DNA of 64,000 nucleotides, taken from Escherichia coli (GTDB lineage: Bacteria; Pseudomonadota; Gammaproteobacteria; Enterobacterales; Enterobacteriaceae). The first letter of the stretch is position 1; each line of letters opens with the position of its first letter. Positions 9,485-19,753 of this stretch are shown piece by piece. The notes beneath the pieces were generated by a model. That model was not told the DNA's origin. It worked only from the letters and a program-made list of their open reading frames with translations, and did not search any database. Location of the stretch: assembly GCF_003334255.1 (NCBI RefSeq), contig NZ_QOWU01000004.1; one strand, written 5' to 3'. A program made the translations under genes and the position numbers.

Positions 9485-9516
9485 TGAACAAAGCGCAATT
9501 TGCCAGCAATAGTGAA

Positions 9517-10521
9517 TTACGGCTTCGCCACAAAACCAATCGCTTCGTACACCGCTTTTAGCGTACGGGAAGCGTGCGCGCTGGCTTTTTCCGCGCCATC
9601 TTTCATCACCTGTTGCAGGAAGGCTTCATCGTTGCGGAAACGGTGATAGCGTTCCTGCAATTCAGTCAGCATACCGGAAACGGCATCAGCCACTTCACCT
9701 TTCAGATGACCATACATCTTGCCTTCGAACTGTTTTTCCAGTTCTGGGATGCTCTGGCCCGTTACCGCTGAAAGGATATCCAACAGGTTGGAAACACCCG
9801 CTTTGTTCTGCACATCGTAGCGAACTACCGGCGGCTCGTCGGAGTCAGTGACCGCACGTTTGATTTTCTTCACTACCGATTTCGGATCTTCCAGCAGGCC
9901 GATAACGTTATTGCGATTATCGTCAGACTTGGACATCTTCTTGGTCGGCTCCAGCAGCGACATTACGCGCGCGCCAGATTTCGGAATAAACGGCTCCGGC
10001 ACCTTAAAGATCTCGCCATACAGCGCGTTGAAACGCTGGGCAATATCGCGGCTCAGTTCGAGGTGCTGTTTCTGGTCTTCACCCACCGGTACCAGATTAG
10101 TTTGATACAGCAGGATGTCCGCTGCCATCAGCACCGGATAGTCAAACAGACCAGCGTTGATGTTCTCGGCATAACGCGCAGATTTATCTTTAAACTGCGT
10201 CATGCGACTCAGTTCGCCGAAGTAGGTATAGCAGTTCAGTGCCCAGCCTAACTGTGCATGTTCCGGCACGTGGGACTGAACAAAAATGGTGCTTTTCTCA
10301 GGATCGATACCACAAGCCAGATACAAGGCCAGCGTATCCAGCGTCGCTTTACGCAGCTTCTGTGCATCCTGGCGCACGGTGATCGCGTGTTGGTCAACGA
10401 TACAGTAAATGCAATGGTAGTCATCCTGCATGTTTACCCACTGACGCAGCGCACCCATGTAGTTACCAATGGTCAATTCACCTGAGGGCTGTGCGCCACT
10501 AAAAACGATGGGCTTAGTCAT
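9517..10521 (-). CDS. trpS: Tryptophan--tRNA ligase
   Basis: 334-aa ORF; class I aaRS HIGH-type (TIGNYMG) and KMSKS motifs visible. Confidence 0.96.
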   Translation of the reverse strand: MTKPIVFSGAQPSGELTIGNYMGALRQWVNMQDDYHCIYCIVDQHAITVRQDAQKLRKATLDTLALYLACGIDPEKSTIFVQSHVPEHAQLGWALNCYTYFGELSRMTQFKDKSARYAENINAGLFDYPVLMAADILLYQTNLVPVGEDQKQHLELSRDIAQRFNALYGEIFKVPEPFIPKSGARVMSLLEPTKKMSKSDDNRNNVIGLLEDPKSVVKKIKRAVTDSDEPPVVRYDVQNKAGVSNLLDILSAVTGQSIPELEKQFEGKMYGHLKGEVADAVSGMLTELQERYHRFRNDEAFLQQVMKDGAEKASAHASRTLKAVYEAIGFVAKP

Positions 10522-11272
10522 TTTTCGATTCCTGATTTTCGCTATGCGGAAGCCCTAATGCGGGCAGAAGGTCATTTATAGACTGATAAATTACATCAGG
10601 CTGGCTGAGATCGATAGCCTCGCCGTAGTTATATCCGTAGGTTAAGCCAACTGATGGGCAACCTGCCGCTTTTGCCGCCTGAATATCATTGCGTGAGTCG
10701 CCGACAAACAGCATCTGTTGTGGGGCAATTCCCATCCGCTCAGCCACCAGTAACAGCGGGTCCGGATGCGGTTTTTTGTTTTGCACATCATCACCACCAA
10801 TCACCACGCTGAAGTATTTGGCGATATCTAAGGCTTCGAGCAGCGGCGCGACGAACGGCGTCGGTTTGTTGGTGACCAGGCCTAGCGGCAGGCCTTTAGC
10901 CTGCAACGCGCCCAACGTATCGGCAACGTGCGGGAACAAAAACGTCCCCTCTTCGGCAACCTCGCCATAGTAGCGATCGAACAGTTTACGCAGAATACGT
11001 ACCTGTTCTTCTGCCGGAATGTCGTCATCAACGGGCGGTTTACCCATTGTTTTACGCTGAGTCGCACGTTCCTGACGCGCCCAGGTCAATGCGCGCTCCA
11101 TCAGAACATCTGCGCCGTTACCAATCCAGGTAATAACGCGTTCTTCACCTGCGACGGGCAACTCCAGCGCATACAGCGCCATATCTACCGCAGCAGCAAG
11201 ACCAGGAGCACTGTCGACCAGCGTACCATCAAGATCAAAAGCGACGCCGCGAATATCTTCAAACTTATTCAT
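10514..11272 (-). CDS. gph: Phosphoglycolate phosphatase (HAD superfamily)
   Basis: 252-aa ORF; HAD motif I ([10 protein letters not shown]) seen; 8-nt overlap with trpS. Confidence 0.95.
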
Positions 11273-11942
11273 GACTTACCTTTGCCAGTTCACTGCGCAT
11301 TTCATCAATGACTTTTTTGTAGTCTGGCTGGTCGAAGATTGCCGAACCGGCGACGAACATATCCGCGCCCGCCGCAGCGATTTCGCCAATGTTGTTCACC
11401 TTCACGCCACCGTCCACTTCTAGTCGAATGTCAAAGCCAGACTCGTCGATACGGCGACGTACTTCGCGCAGTTTATCCAGTGTTTGAGGAATGAAAGACT
11501 GACCGCCGAAACCAGGGTTGACGGACATCAGCAGGATCACATCCAGCTTATCCATCACGTAATCCAGATAGCTCAGAGGTGTCGCCGGGTTAAATACCAG
11601 ACCCGCTTTACAGCCATTTTCTTTAATCAGTTGCAGCGTGCGGTCAACATGCTCGGAGGCTTCTGGATGAAAGGTAATGATGCTGGCACCAGCGGCAGCG
11701 AAATCAGGCACAATGCGATCGACGGGTTTCACCATCAGGTGTACGTCGATAGGGGCGGTAATGCCATAGTTACGCAAGGATTTCAGCACCATTGGCCCAA
11801 TCGTCAGATTGGGAACATAGTGGTTATCCATGACGTCAAAATGCACGACATCAGCGCCAGCTGCCAGGGCTTTTGCGGTATCTTCACCCAGGCGGGCAAA
11901 ATCAGCCGACAGAATTGAGGGGGCAATCAAATACTGTTTCAT
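11265..11942 (-). CDS. rpe: Ribulose-phosphate 3-epimerase
   Basis: 225-aa ORF ([21 protein letters not shown]...); 8-nt overlap with gph. Confidence 0.96.
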   Translation of the reverse strand: MKQYLIAPSILSADFARLGEDTAKALAAGADVVHFDVMDNHYVPNLTIGPMVLKSLRNYGITAPIDVHLMVKPVDRIVPDFAAAGASIITFHPEASEHVDRTLQLIKENGCKAGLVFNPATPLSYLDYVMDKLDVILLMSVNPGFGGQSFIPQTLDKLREVRRRIDESGFDIRLEVDGGVKVNNIGEIAAAGADMFVAGSAIFDQPDYKKVIDEMRSELAKVSHE

Positions 11943-11959
11943 CCGCTTCTCCTTGAGAA

Positions 11960-12796
11960 TTATTTTTTCGCGGGTGAAACGACTCCTGGTTTGTACAAAG
12001 CCAGCAGTTCGTCCACCTTTTTACGTGTGCCGCCGTTGCTGCTTATACTGCGTCGAACTTTGACGACATGCAATTTTGCGCGCTGATACCACTCACGCGT
12101 TAACATCGTATCGTGATTGGAGATCAGCACTGGAATATGGCGCTCAACCAGACCTTCGGCGATCTCCGCCAGATGCGCTTGTTGTTCAAGCGTAAAACTG
12201 TTTGTGTGATACGCCGTAAAGTTGGCGGTCGCAGACAGCGGTGCATAAGGCGGATCGCAATAGACGACGGATGCATCATCTGCGCGCGCCATGCTATCGG
12301 CGTAAGACTCACAATAGAAAAAGGCATTCTGCGCTTTTTCAGCGAAGTGATACAACTCTGCTTCCGGGAAATAGGGTTTTTTGTAGCGGCCGAACGGCAC
12401 GTTAAACTCACCGCGCAGATTGTAACGACACAGGCCGTTGTAACCGTAGCGGTTCAAATATAAAAACAGTACCGCCCGACGGAACGGATCCTGGCTTTTG
12501 TTGAACTCTTCGCGGAACTGATAGTAAACCTCGGCGCAATTTGTTTCGGGAACAAACAGCTCGCGTGCGGCCTGTACGTACTCATCAGTACGCATCTTCA
12601 CAATGTTATAGAGACTGATCAGGTCGCTATTGATATCGGCAAGGATATAACGAGAAAAGTCGGTGTTGAGAAACACCGACCCGGCACCTACAAAAGGCTC
12701 AACCAGACATTCGCCCTTGGGCAAATGCCGTTTAATATCATCAAGCAGGGGATACTTGCCCCCTGCCCACTTCAAAAAAGCGCGATTTTTCTTCAT
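11960..12796 (-). CDS. dam: DNA adenine methyltransferase (GATC N6-adenine MTase)
   Basis: 278-aa ORF; DPPY catalytic motif ([10 protein letters not shown]) and an N-terminal AdoMet-binding region visible. Confidence 0.96.
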
Positions 12797-12902
12797 GCTG
12801 ACTAACTAATTACACCTTCTCCGGCTGTGGAGAAAGCTCCGACAGCATCCAGCGCTTCAGGCAACTCCCGCAACGATAAACCATTGCGGGAGATAACCTT
12901 GA

Positions 12903-14189
12903 TTACTTCAGATCGGCCTGTACCTGACGCAGCGGTTTCGCCCACGGGTTTTTGGCCTGGACATCTGCTGGCAATGTAGATACCGCTTTTTTCGCCTCTT
13001 CTTTCGAAGCGTACACGCCAGAAACCAGGACATACCACGGCTGACCATTACGCGTCGTTTCATAGACAACGTAGTTTTTCAGATTCTCTTTCTTCGCCCA
13101 ACCGTTCAGGTTGTCGTAGTTAGAGGAACTGCTCAGCTGCAGAGTGTAATGGCTGGACGGTGCCGATTTCAACGAACCAACATTACCTGCGGTCTTCGCC
13201 CCAGCAGCGGGTGTTGCCGTGGTTTGCGCCGGGGATGCCGTCTGTACTGGAGCCGTAGTCGCCGTCTCTTTTGGTGCTGGCGTAGAAGTCGCAGCCGGTG
13301 CCTTCGTGCTCGCCACAGGGGCAGCTGGTTCAGTACGCTTCGGCGTCTGTGCTACCGGCTTCGGCTCCGTTTTCACGGTTGCTTGCGGTTTTTTCGGTTC
13401 AATCACCGCCTGCTGACGAGCTGGGCGCGTAGTGGACGGACGTTCAGCGGTTTGCGTTTTCGCCGTGTCACGCGATGCATTGCCATTGCGAACAGGCGCA
13501 ACCGTTGCGGGTTCAGTCGGCAACGTGGAATTGACCGCCACATTGTTCAGCTGTTGCTGATTTTGTGGCTGGGTCAGCGCATTGTTCAGGTCACCCTGCA
13601 CTTCAACACGTTGTTGACCATCCGTTGCCACCGGGGTTTGCCCTTGAGTCGGCGTAGAAGAGATCGGTGGCAGAGAAACATCCTGCTGAGTATTTTCCGC
13701 AGACGTGGTTCCCGGCGCTGGCTGCACGCCATTCGCCTGATCGGTCGCATTGCCAGCAAGATCAATACTCTTCTCGCCAGACGCGGTTTGATCGCTGGAT
13801 GTGGTCGAGGGGGCTTTTAGCGCAGAACCGATACCGATGATCAACAGCAGTAGAACCAGAATGCCGACGCCCATCATCATATACTGACGAGAAGCGGGTT
13901 TACTGGCTGCTTTTTTGCGCTTACGCGGACGACGCTCTACGCGCTCTTCATCCACGGTTTCATCTTCGGATTCGTCAATTTCTTCTTCGATTTCCGGTTC
14001 CTCATTGCGCTCTTTTTGCGCACGAGTCGGACGGCGATCGTCAGTGTCATCAAGTTCAATATCATCAAAATTGATCTGCGGTTCGCCACGTTCAGTACGC
14101 TCAGAACGTTCAGAAGATTGACGAGAACGACCAGTACGACGATCGCTGGGATCGGGTTTCAGCTCGTCTTCTGGTTTGAATTCATCCAT
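12903..14189 (-). CDS. damX: Cell-division protein DamX (SPOR-domain protein)
   Basis: 428-aa ORF; acidic N-terminus, a single TM segment ([21 protein letters not shown]), a long Pro/Thr/Ala/Gln-rich low-complexity linker and a C-terminal SPOR-like domain. Confidence 0.93.
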
Positions 14190-14280
14190 TTAACACCCCA
14201 CTAAAAGGTTAATGCTTACCACGTTGCAATTAACCTGAAGCTAATAGACCGCTTGATAAGCGGCCTGACCTTTCTTGTTG

Positions 14281-15369
14281 TTACGCTGATTGACAATCGG
14301 CAATGGCGTTAAGAACAAGCTCGTGCGAAACGCCGCTGCGAACTTCACTCTTACCAATTGCCAACGGAAGAATTAAGCGCATCTCTCCCGCAAGGACTTT
14401 CTTGTCACGCAGCATATGCGGTAAATACGCCTGCGCGGACATTTCGCGCGGCCCATTGACCGGTAACCCAGCCCGCTTGAGCAGGGTTATAATACGCTGC
14501 GTTTCGGCAGAACTAAACTGCCCGAGACGTTCCGACGTCCGCGCCGCCATCACCATACCCGCAGCGACCGCTTCACCATGTAACCAATTGCCATACCCCA
14601 TTTCAGCTTCAATGGCATGACCAAAGGTGTGTCCCAGATTCAGTAAAGCACGTAACCCGGTTTCGCGCTCGTCGGCGGCGACAACTTCTGCCTTCAGTTC
14701 ACAACAACGGCGAATACAGTACGCCATTGCCGGACCGTCCAGACGCAACAACGCATCCAGATTCTCTTCCAGCCAGTTAAAAAACGCACCGTCAAGAATA
14801 ATGCCGTATTTGATGACTTCTGCCAGCCCCGACGCTAACTCACGCGGGGGAAGCGTTTTCAGACAGTCGAGATCCACCACCACTGAAGCAGGTTGGTAGA
14901 ACGCGCCAATCATGTTTTTACCGAGGGGATGGTTGACCGCAGTTTTGCCGCCAACGGAGGAATCGACCTGCGACAGTAACGTCGTCGGGACTTGAATGAA
15001 ACGGACACCGCGCTGATAACTCGCCGCCGCGAAGCCGGTCAGATCGCCCACTACGCCGCCGCCAAGCGCCACCAGCGTAGTATCGCGACCATGCGGTTTT
15101 TGTAACAACGCCGTAAAGACGGTATCGAGTACAGCCAGGCTTTTATACTGCTCGCCGTCAGGGAGGATAACGCTATCGACGTTAACACCCGCCTGTTCAA
15201 GTACGCCGCGGACCTTATCGAGATACAGAGGAGCCAGGGTTTCGTTGGTGACCAACATGACCTGCTCGCCCGATTTCAGCGGTAAGAATGAAGCTGGTTC
15301 ATTAAACAAACCAGATGCGATGGTAATTGGGTAACTACGTTCCCCGAGAGTAACGACAATCCTCTCCAT
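14281..15369 (-). CDS. aroB: 3-dehydroquinate synthase
   Basis: 362-aa ORF ([20 protein letters not shown]...). Confidence 0.96.
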
Positions 15370-15425
15370 AACGCGACATCCACCTTAATTACTGTACCCG
15401 CAGACGAGTGTATATAAAGCCAGAA

Positions 15426-15947
15426 TTAGTTGCTTTCCAGCATGTGAATAATCTGGTTTGCAACCACTTTAGCGCTTTGATCATCAGTACGAATGGTCAC
15501 GTCGGCAATCTCTTCATACAGCGGATTGCGTTCATTGGCCAACGCTTCCAGAACTTCACGCGGCGGTGTTTCAACGTGCAGCAACGGGCGTTTTTTATCA
15601 CGCTGCGTGCGTGCAAGTTGCTTTTCGATGGTCGTTTCAAGATAAACGACAACGCCACGAGCGGAAAGACGGTTACGCGTTTCACGGGATTTCACAGAGC
15701 CGCCGCCAGTAGCCAGCACAATACCCTGTTTCTCGGTCAACTCATTGATGACCTTTTCTTCGCGATCGCGGAAGCCTTCTTCGCCTTCTAAATCGAAAAC
15801 CCAGCCCACATCAGCTCCGGTTCGTTTCTCAATCTCTTGATCGGAATCGTAAAATTCCATATTGAGTTGTTGAGCTAACTGGCGCCCAATAGTGCTTTTT
15901 CCGGCACCCATAGGCCCAACCAGAAAGATATTGCGTTTCTCTGCCAT
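15426..15947 (-). CDS. aroK: Shikimate kinase 1
   Basis: ORF track 15426..16148; internal ATG at 15945-15947 gives the 173-aa protein with a P-loop (GPMGAGKST). Confidence 0.92.
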   Translation of the reverse strand: MAEKRNIFLVGPMGAGKSTIGRQLAQQLNMEFYDSDQEIEKRTGADVGWVFDLEGEEGFRDREEKVINELTEKQGIVLATGGGSVKSRETRNRLSARGVVVYLETTIEKQLARTQRDKKRPLLHVETPPREVLEALANERNPLYEEIADVTIRTDDQSAKVVANQIIHMLESN

Positions 15948-16347
15948 TTTTTCGGTACTACTAAGACTATTCGTTAATGATAAACCCGCTTCGCTCAGAG
16001 AGCGCCGCAGGACATGAACTGAAACCTCATAAGATATTGCGAGAGTCAGACTGAAAATTATCTCAATACTCCAGCGGGTTTGGCAACTGAATAAATCACC
16101 CATCCCTCTGCATATCTGGTCGCTGCAAGCGCGCTGCCTTGCTACCACCGCTCTGGCGATAAATCACCGGGTAAGATTAGCGTAAAAAAGACAGCAAAAT
16201 GCCGCCTGAATGATAAATCATCATCATGGAACGCAGGCAGCGAAGAGCACCAACTCTCAAATCGGTACTCCTTGTATGCTAAATACCTGCGCGCGTCAAA
16301 TAGATGAAACACGTTCAGCGTAAAAACATTACCGCTTTTACGGCTGT

Positions 16348-17586
16348 TTACTCACTGGAAACCAGTCGTGGCGTGATAAACACCACTAACTCGCGTCGTT
16401 CATCTTCTTTTCCGTCATGACGAAATAATTGCCCGAACCAGGGAATGTCGCCAAGCAACGGTACGCTATCCTGACCCGATTTATTTTTACGGGTAAAAAT
16501 GCCGCCCAGCGCCAACGTTTCTCCGCTTTTGACCTCGACCTGCGTTTCGATCTCCTGCTTATCAATCGCCAGCACTTCGCCATCGGCCTGCTGTAGCACC
16601 TGCCCCGGAACGTTCTGGCTGATGTGTAATTTCAGCCGGATGCGACCTTTTTGTAACACCGTGGGCGTGACCTCCATCCCCAGGACGGCCTCTTTAAATT
16701 CCACCGACGTCGCGCCACTTTCCCCGCTGGAAACCTGATATGGAATTTCGCTCCCCTGTTTAATGCTGGCAGGCTGAAGATGTGAGGCCAGCAGACGCGG
16801 ACTGGCGATAATATCCAGCTGCTGTTTTTGTTCGAGCGCGGAAAGCTCAAGATCCAGCAAGCGTCCGTTGATGCGCCCAATGTTAAAACCGACATGCGTT
16901 GTCGCCGTCGCTACGGAGAGGTCGCTACCAAGCGTGGTGACTTGCCCAACGCCACCAGCGTGTTGCGCATCGGCCAGCGTCCATTTCACGCCTAACTCAC
17001 GCAAACTTTTTTCATTAATGGTGACAATATGCGCCGACAGCTCAACCTGCCCGACCGGCAGATCCATTTGCGCTACCCACTGTTCAAGCGCGCTTAACGC
17101 CGTTTTGTTATCTCGTAGCAAAAGGCGATTGGTGCGTTTATCGACGGTCATACTCCCTTTGGCACTCAGTAGCTTCTCCCCCGCTTTCGCCAGTTCTCCC
17201 GCGTCGGCGTATTGCAGGGTTATACTGCGATTTTCCAGCGGCAGATTTGCCTGCGCCCGCGCCTGCTCCGCCTCCTGGCGGGCGATATTGTTATTCTGCC
17301 AGGCAATGGAATGCACTGAGAGAATGTTGCCTTCCTGCCGCGTTATCAGTCCGGCGCTTTTCACTACAGTTTGTAGTGCCTGCTTCCAGGGAACATCTGT
17401 TAGATGTAACGACACCGTACCGCTGACGTCTGGCGACACGACCAGGTTCAACTTCTCCTGTTCAGCCAGCGCCTGCAACACCTGAGCTACCGGAACGTCA
17501 TCCACCATCAGCGTCACTTTTTGCGGCTTTGCCGCCTGTACGCCGGGTATCAGCATCAACAGTAGTGCGGCTATCCATTGCTTCAT
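16348..17586 (-). CDS. hofQ: Outer-membrane secretin of the Hof DNA-uptake / type IV pilus-like system
   Basis: 412-aa ORF with an N-terminal signal peptide (MKQWIAALLLMLIPGVQA) and a C-terminal secretin domain. Confidence 0.93.
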   Translation of the reverse strand: MKQWIAALLLMLIPGVQAAKPQKVTLMVDDVPVAQVLQALAEQEKLNLVVSPDVSGTVSLHLTDVPWKQALQTVVKSAGLITRQEGNILSVHSIAWQNNNIARQEAEQARAQANLPLENRSITLQYADAGELAKAGEKLLSAKGSMTVDKRTNRLLLRDNKTALSALEQWVAQMDLPVGQVELSAHIVTINEKSLRELGVKWTLADAQHAGGVGQVTTLGSDLSVATATTHVGFNIGRINGRLLDLELSALEQKQQLDIIASPRLLASHLQPASIKQGSEIPYQVSSGESGATSVEFKEAVLGMEVTPTVLQKGRIRLKLHISQNVPGQVLQQADGEVLAIDKQEIETQVEVKSGETLALGGIFTRKNKSGQDSVPLLGDIPWFGQLFRHDGKEDERRELVVFITPRLVSSE

Positions 17587-17902
17587 TTGTATCTCCTTGC
17601 CGTTGCCACAACCATTGTGGCGGTTCGCAGTTTGTCCCGGTACCCAGCGTTAGTACGTCTGGCGTCAGCTGTAAAATTGTCCAGCCGTTTTCCAGCACAT
17701 CGTTTTGCTGCACCCGTCGCCATTTCTTTTGCCCGTCTTTTATTACACCGATGATGCGCTCGCCTCGCCCTACCATCCCCTGATAGCGCCACTGGCTAAG
17801 TTCGCTAATCCGGCATAGATCTTCCGGCGGTTTAAAAGGGTCACGCATACCGGTTAAAAGGCACAATGCAATACCTGCCAACAACCAGCGTTTAACCCTC
17901 AT
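17498..17902 (-). CDS. hofP: PilP-like DNA utilization protein
   Basis: ORF track 17498..17941; internal ATG at 17900-17902 (MRVKRWLLAGIALC...) gives the 134-aa lipoprotein-like product; overlaps hofQ by 89 nt in another frame. Confidence 0.8.
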   Translation of the reverse strand: MRVKRWLLAGIALCLLTGMRDPFKPPEDLCRISELSQWRYQGMVGRGERIIGVIKDGQKKWRRVQQNDVLENGWTILQLTPDVLTLGTGTNCEPPQWLWQRQGDTNEAMDSRTTVDADTRRTGGKAAKSDADGG

Positions 17903-18332
17903 GCGGCGTCTCCAGTTGTAGCGTGAACAAAAGATCATCACCTTCCACGCTTAACGAAAAACGGCTCACGCTGACGTTGCGCTCTGCCAGCCGTGTAAAT
18001 GCCGACGGCACTGCTTCCCACAGCGTTTTCAACGCCAACTCGCCTCCCTGCGCGGATGGATGCCAGGAAACCAGTTGCGCGCCGGATAACTGAAAATCCA
18101 GTGGCGAAAAGGGCAGCGTTTTTTCCTCGCTGAAGGGAGTGGTGTCTACCAGGCGATACAGTGCGGCCCACTGCTGGTGATGACTTGCCCGTAGTCGAAT
18201 TAATGCGTCGCGCTCTTCATGGTGTGTCGATGACAGAAAAATGAGCGTAACTAACATCAGCAACCAGAATGCCCAGCAAAGCTGGCGGAGGCGGGGTGAT
18301 GTGGCGAACCACCAGTCAAAGAACATGTTCAT
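17892..18332 (-). CDS. hofO: PilO-like DNA utilization protein
   Basis: 146-aa ORF with one N-terminal TM helix; 11-nt overlap with hofP. Confidence 0.85.
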   Translation of the reverse strand: MNMFFDWWFATSPRLRQLCWAFWLLMLVTLIFLSSTHHEERDALIRLRASHHQQWAALYRLVDTTPFSEEKTLPFSPLDFQLSGAQLVSWHPSAQGGELALKTLWEAVPSAFTRLAERNVSVSRFSLSVEGDDLLFTLQLETPHEG

Positions 18333-18855
18333 CGCTAACCTTCCTTGTTAACTGATACTCAAATTGCCAGCGTCCCTGCGCATCCTGCTGCGTGGCTCCC
18401 CGCTGATTGAGATGAAAAGATGCATCCTGGCGGAGTGACGTTTCTAGTGCGTTTAACGCGGTAATGCTTGTTGTCAGCCCCTTGATCTCCAGCGTTCCCT
18501 GCTGCCAGCTTATCGTTGTCAGCCAGGCGTGCTCGGGTAAAAGCGCCGCCAGTGCTTCCAGCGCAGATTGCCAGTCGCGGGTAAATTGTCGCTGGCGCTG
18601 CCGTTGCGAACGCTGTTCGCGTAACTGCTGTTGCTCCAGCAAACGTGGCTTCGTTATCTGTAAGCTGCGGGCGAGTTGTTGTTCCGCCTGAAGCAAAACT
18701 GCGTCTATGCGCGCTTCGGCGCTGCCTGTCAGACGCAGTATTAGCGTTATCCCGACGGCCAGCAGCAGAGGCGCAACGAACATCAGCAACCAGAAACGCA
18801 GAAAAGCGGTCCGGCGTTGCTGTCGCCAGGGCAAAAAATTAATTGGCGGGTTCAT
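18316..18855 (-). CDS. hofN: PilN-like DNA utilization protein
   Basis: 179-aa ORF, N-terminal TM helix followed by a coiled-coil-like Q/R-rich segment; 17-nt overlap with hofO. Confidence 0.85.
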   Translation of the reverse strand: MNPPINFLPWRQQRRTAFLRFWLLMFVAPLLLAVGITLILRLTGSAEARIDAVLLQAEQQLARSLQITKPRLLEQQQLREQRSQRQRQRQFTRDWQSALEALAALLPEHAWLTTISWQQGTLEIKGLTTSITALNALETSLRQDASFHLNQRGATQQDAQGRWQFEYQLTRKVSDEHVL

Positions 18856-19634
18856 CAGTACGCCTTCCCAAGCGCCAGCCCCAGCGCGATGGCAAAGTCT
18901 CCACCTGGCGGCGGTAGCGGCGGCTGACGAACAGAAACGGCCTCCCAGGGATCAAATCCGCCTTCGCCACATATCGCGACGCTTTCGGGATCAACGGATA
19001 ACGCTGCCGCCAGCTCCTTCGCGCTAGTCATCCCCACCGCCAGTTTGCGCCCCCAGCTATAGCGCGTCGCCCACAGCCACTGTTCGTTATCACGCCAGGC
19101 CAGACATTGCTGATGAGAAGGTAAAAAAGGCAGGAATCGCTGTAATGCACTGGCATCCGGGGTGATCGCGCTCACATGAACACGCAACCTTTCTGCCAGA
19201 GTAAGCAGCGTTGCCAGCTCTTTGCTTTGCGCGGCAGTCACGTTATAGGCGGGACTGAGTGAGTCTTCGCTGTAATCGAAGCGCAGGGAGTCCGGATCCA
19301 TATCCAGCTCGCGGGCCATCGTCCCTGACAGCCAGGCCGTTTGCTCCCGCTCACCAAGGGACATCGACGGGCGCGGAAATGACCGCTGTAATGTGCGACT
19401 GGCGGGAAACGCCAACATAATGTGATGACGCTGCGGCAGTTCGCGACTCCACGGTAACAACGTTTTAGCCAGCTGCTGCGCATCAACAATCCGCCCATCT
19501 TTGATAATGTCGTTCTCCAGCGGCAACCGCCACCAGCGTTGCAAAAAGCATTCTTTTGCGCCCCGCACGATCGCAACCGCTACCGCTTCTTGCTGTTGTA
19601 AATGCAAACCAATTTGCCAGATCTTAAATGCCAT
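18855..19634 (-). CDS. hofM: PilM-like (actin-fold) DNA utilization protein
   Basis: ORF track 18855..19661; ATG at 19632-19634 (MAFKIWQIGL...) gives the 259-aa form; 1-nt overlap with hofN. Confidence 0.85.
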   Translation of the reverse strand: MAFKIWQIGLHLQQQEAVAVAIVRGAKECFLQRWWRLPLENDIIKDGRIVDAQQLAKTLLPWSRELPQRHHIMLAFPASRTLQRSFPRPSMSLGEREQTAWLSGTMARELDMDPDSLRFDYSEDSLSPAYNVTAAQSKELATLLTLAERLRVHVSAITPDASALQRFLPFLPSHQQCLAWRDNEQWLWATRYSWGRKLAVGMTSAKELAAALSVDPESVAICGEGGFDPWEAVSVRQPPLPPPGGDFAIALGLALGKAY

Positions 19635-19753
19635 TGTGATGATCTCCTTATCACCCGTCACTCTGACGGGTATATCAATGCGTCTGGCTTGCCTTTATAC
19701 TACCGCGCGTTTGTTTATAAACTGCCCAAATGAAACTAAATGGGAAATTTCCA

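Noticed and set aside
9245-9498. Two small ORFs (80 and 81 aa) in the yhfZ-trpS intergenic region
   Set aside because: They run through the REP/BIME palindromes and the terminator hairpin; the open frames are a by-product of the repeat sequence.
13149-13820. 223-aa arginine-rich ORF antisense to damX
   Set aside because: Product of the repetitive low-complexity damX linker read in reverse; not a plausible protein.
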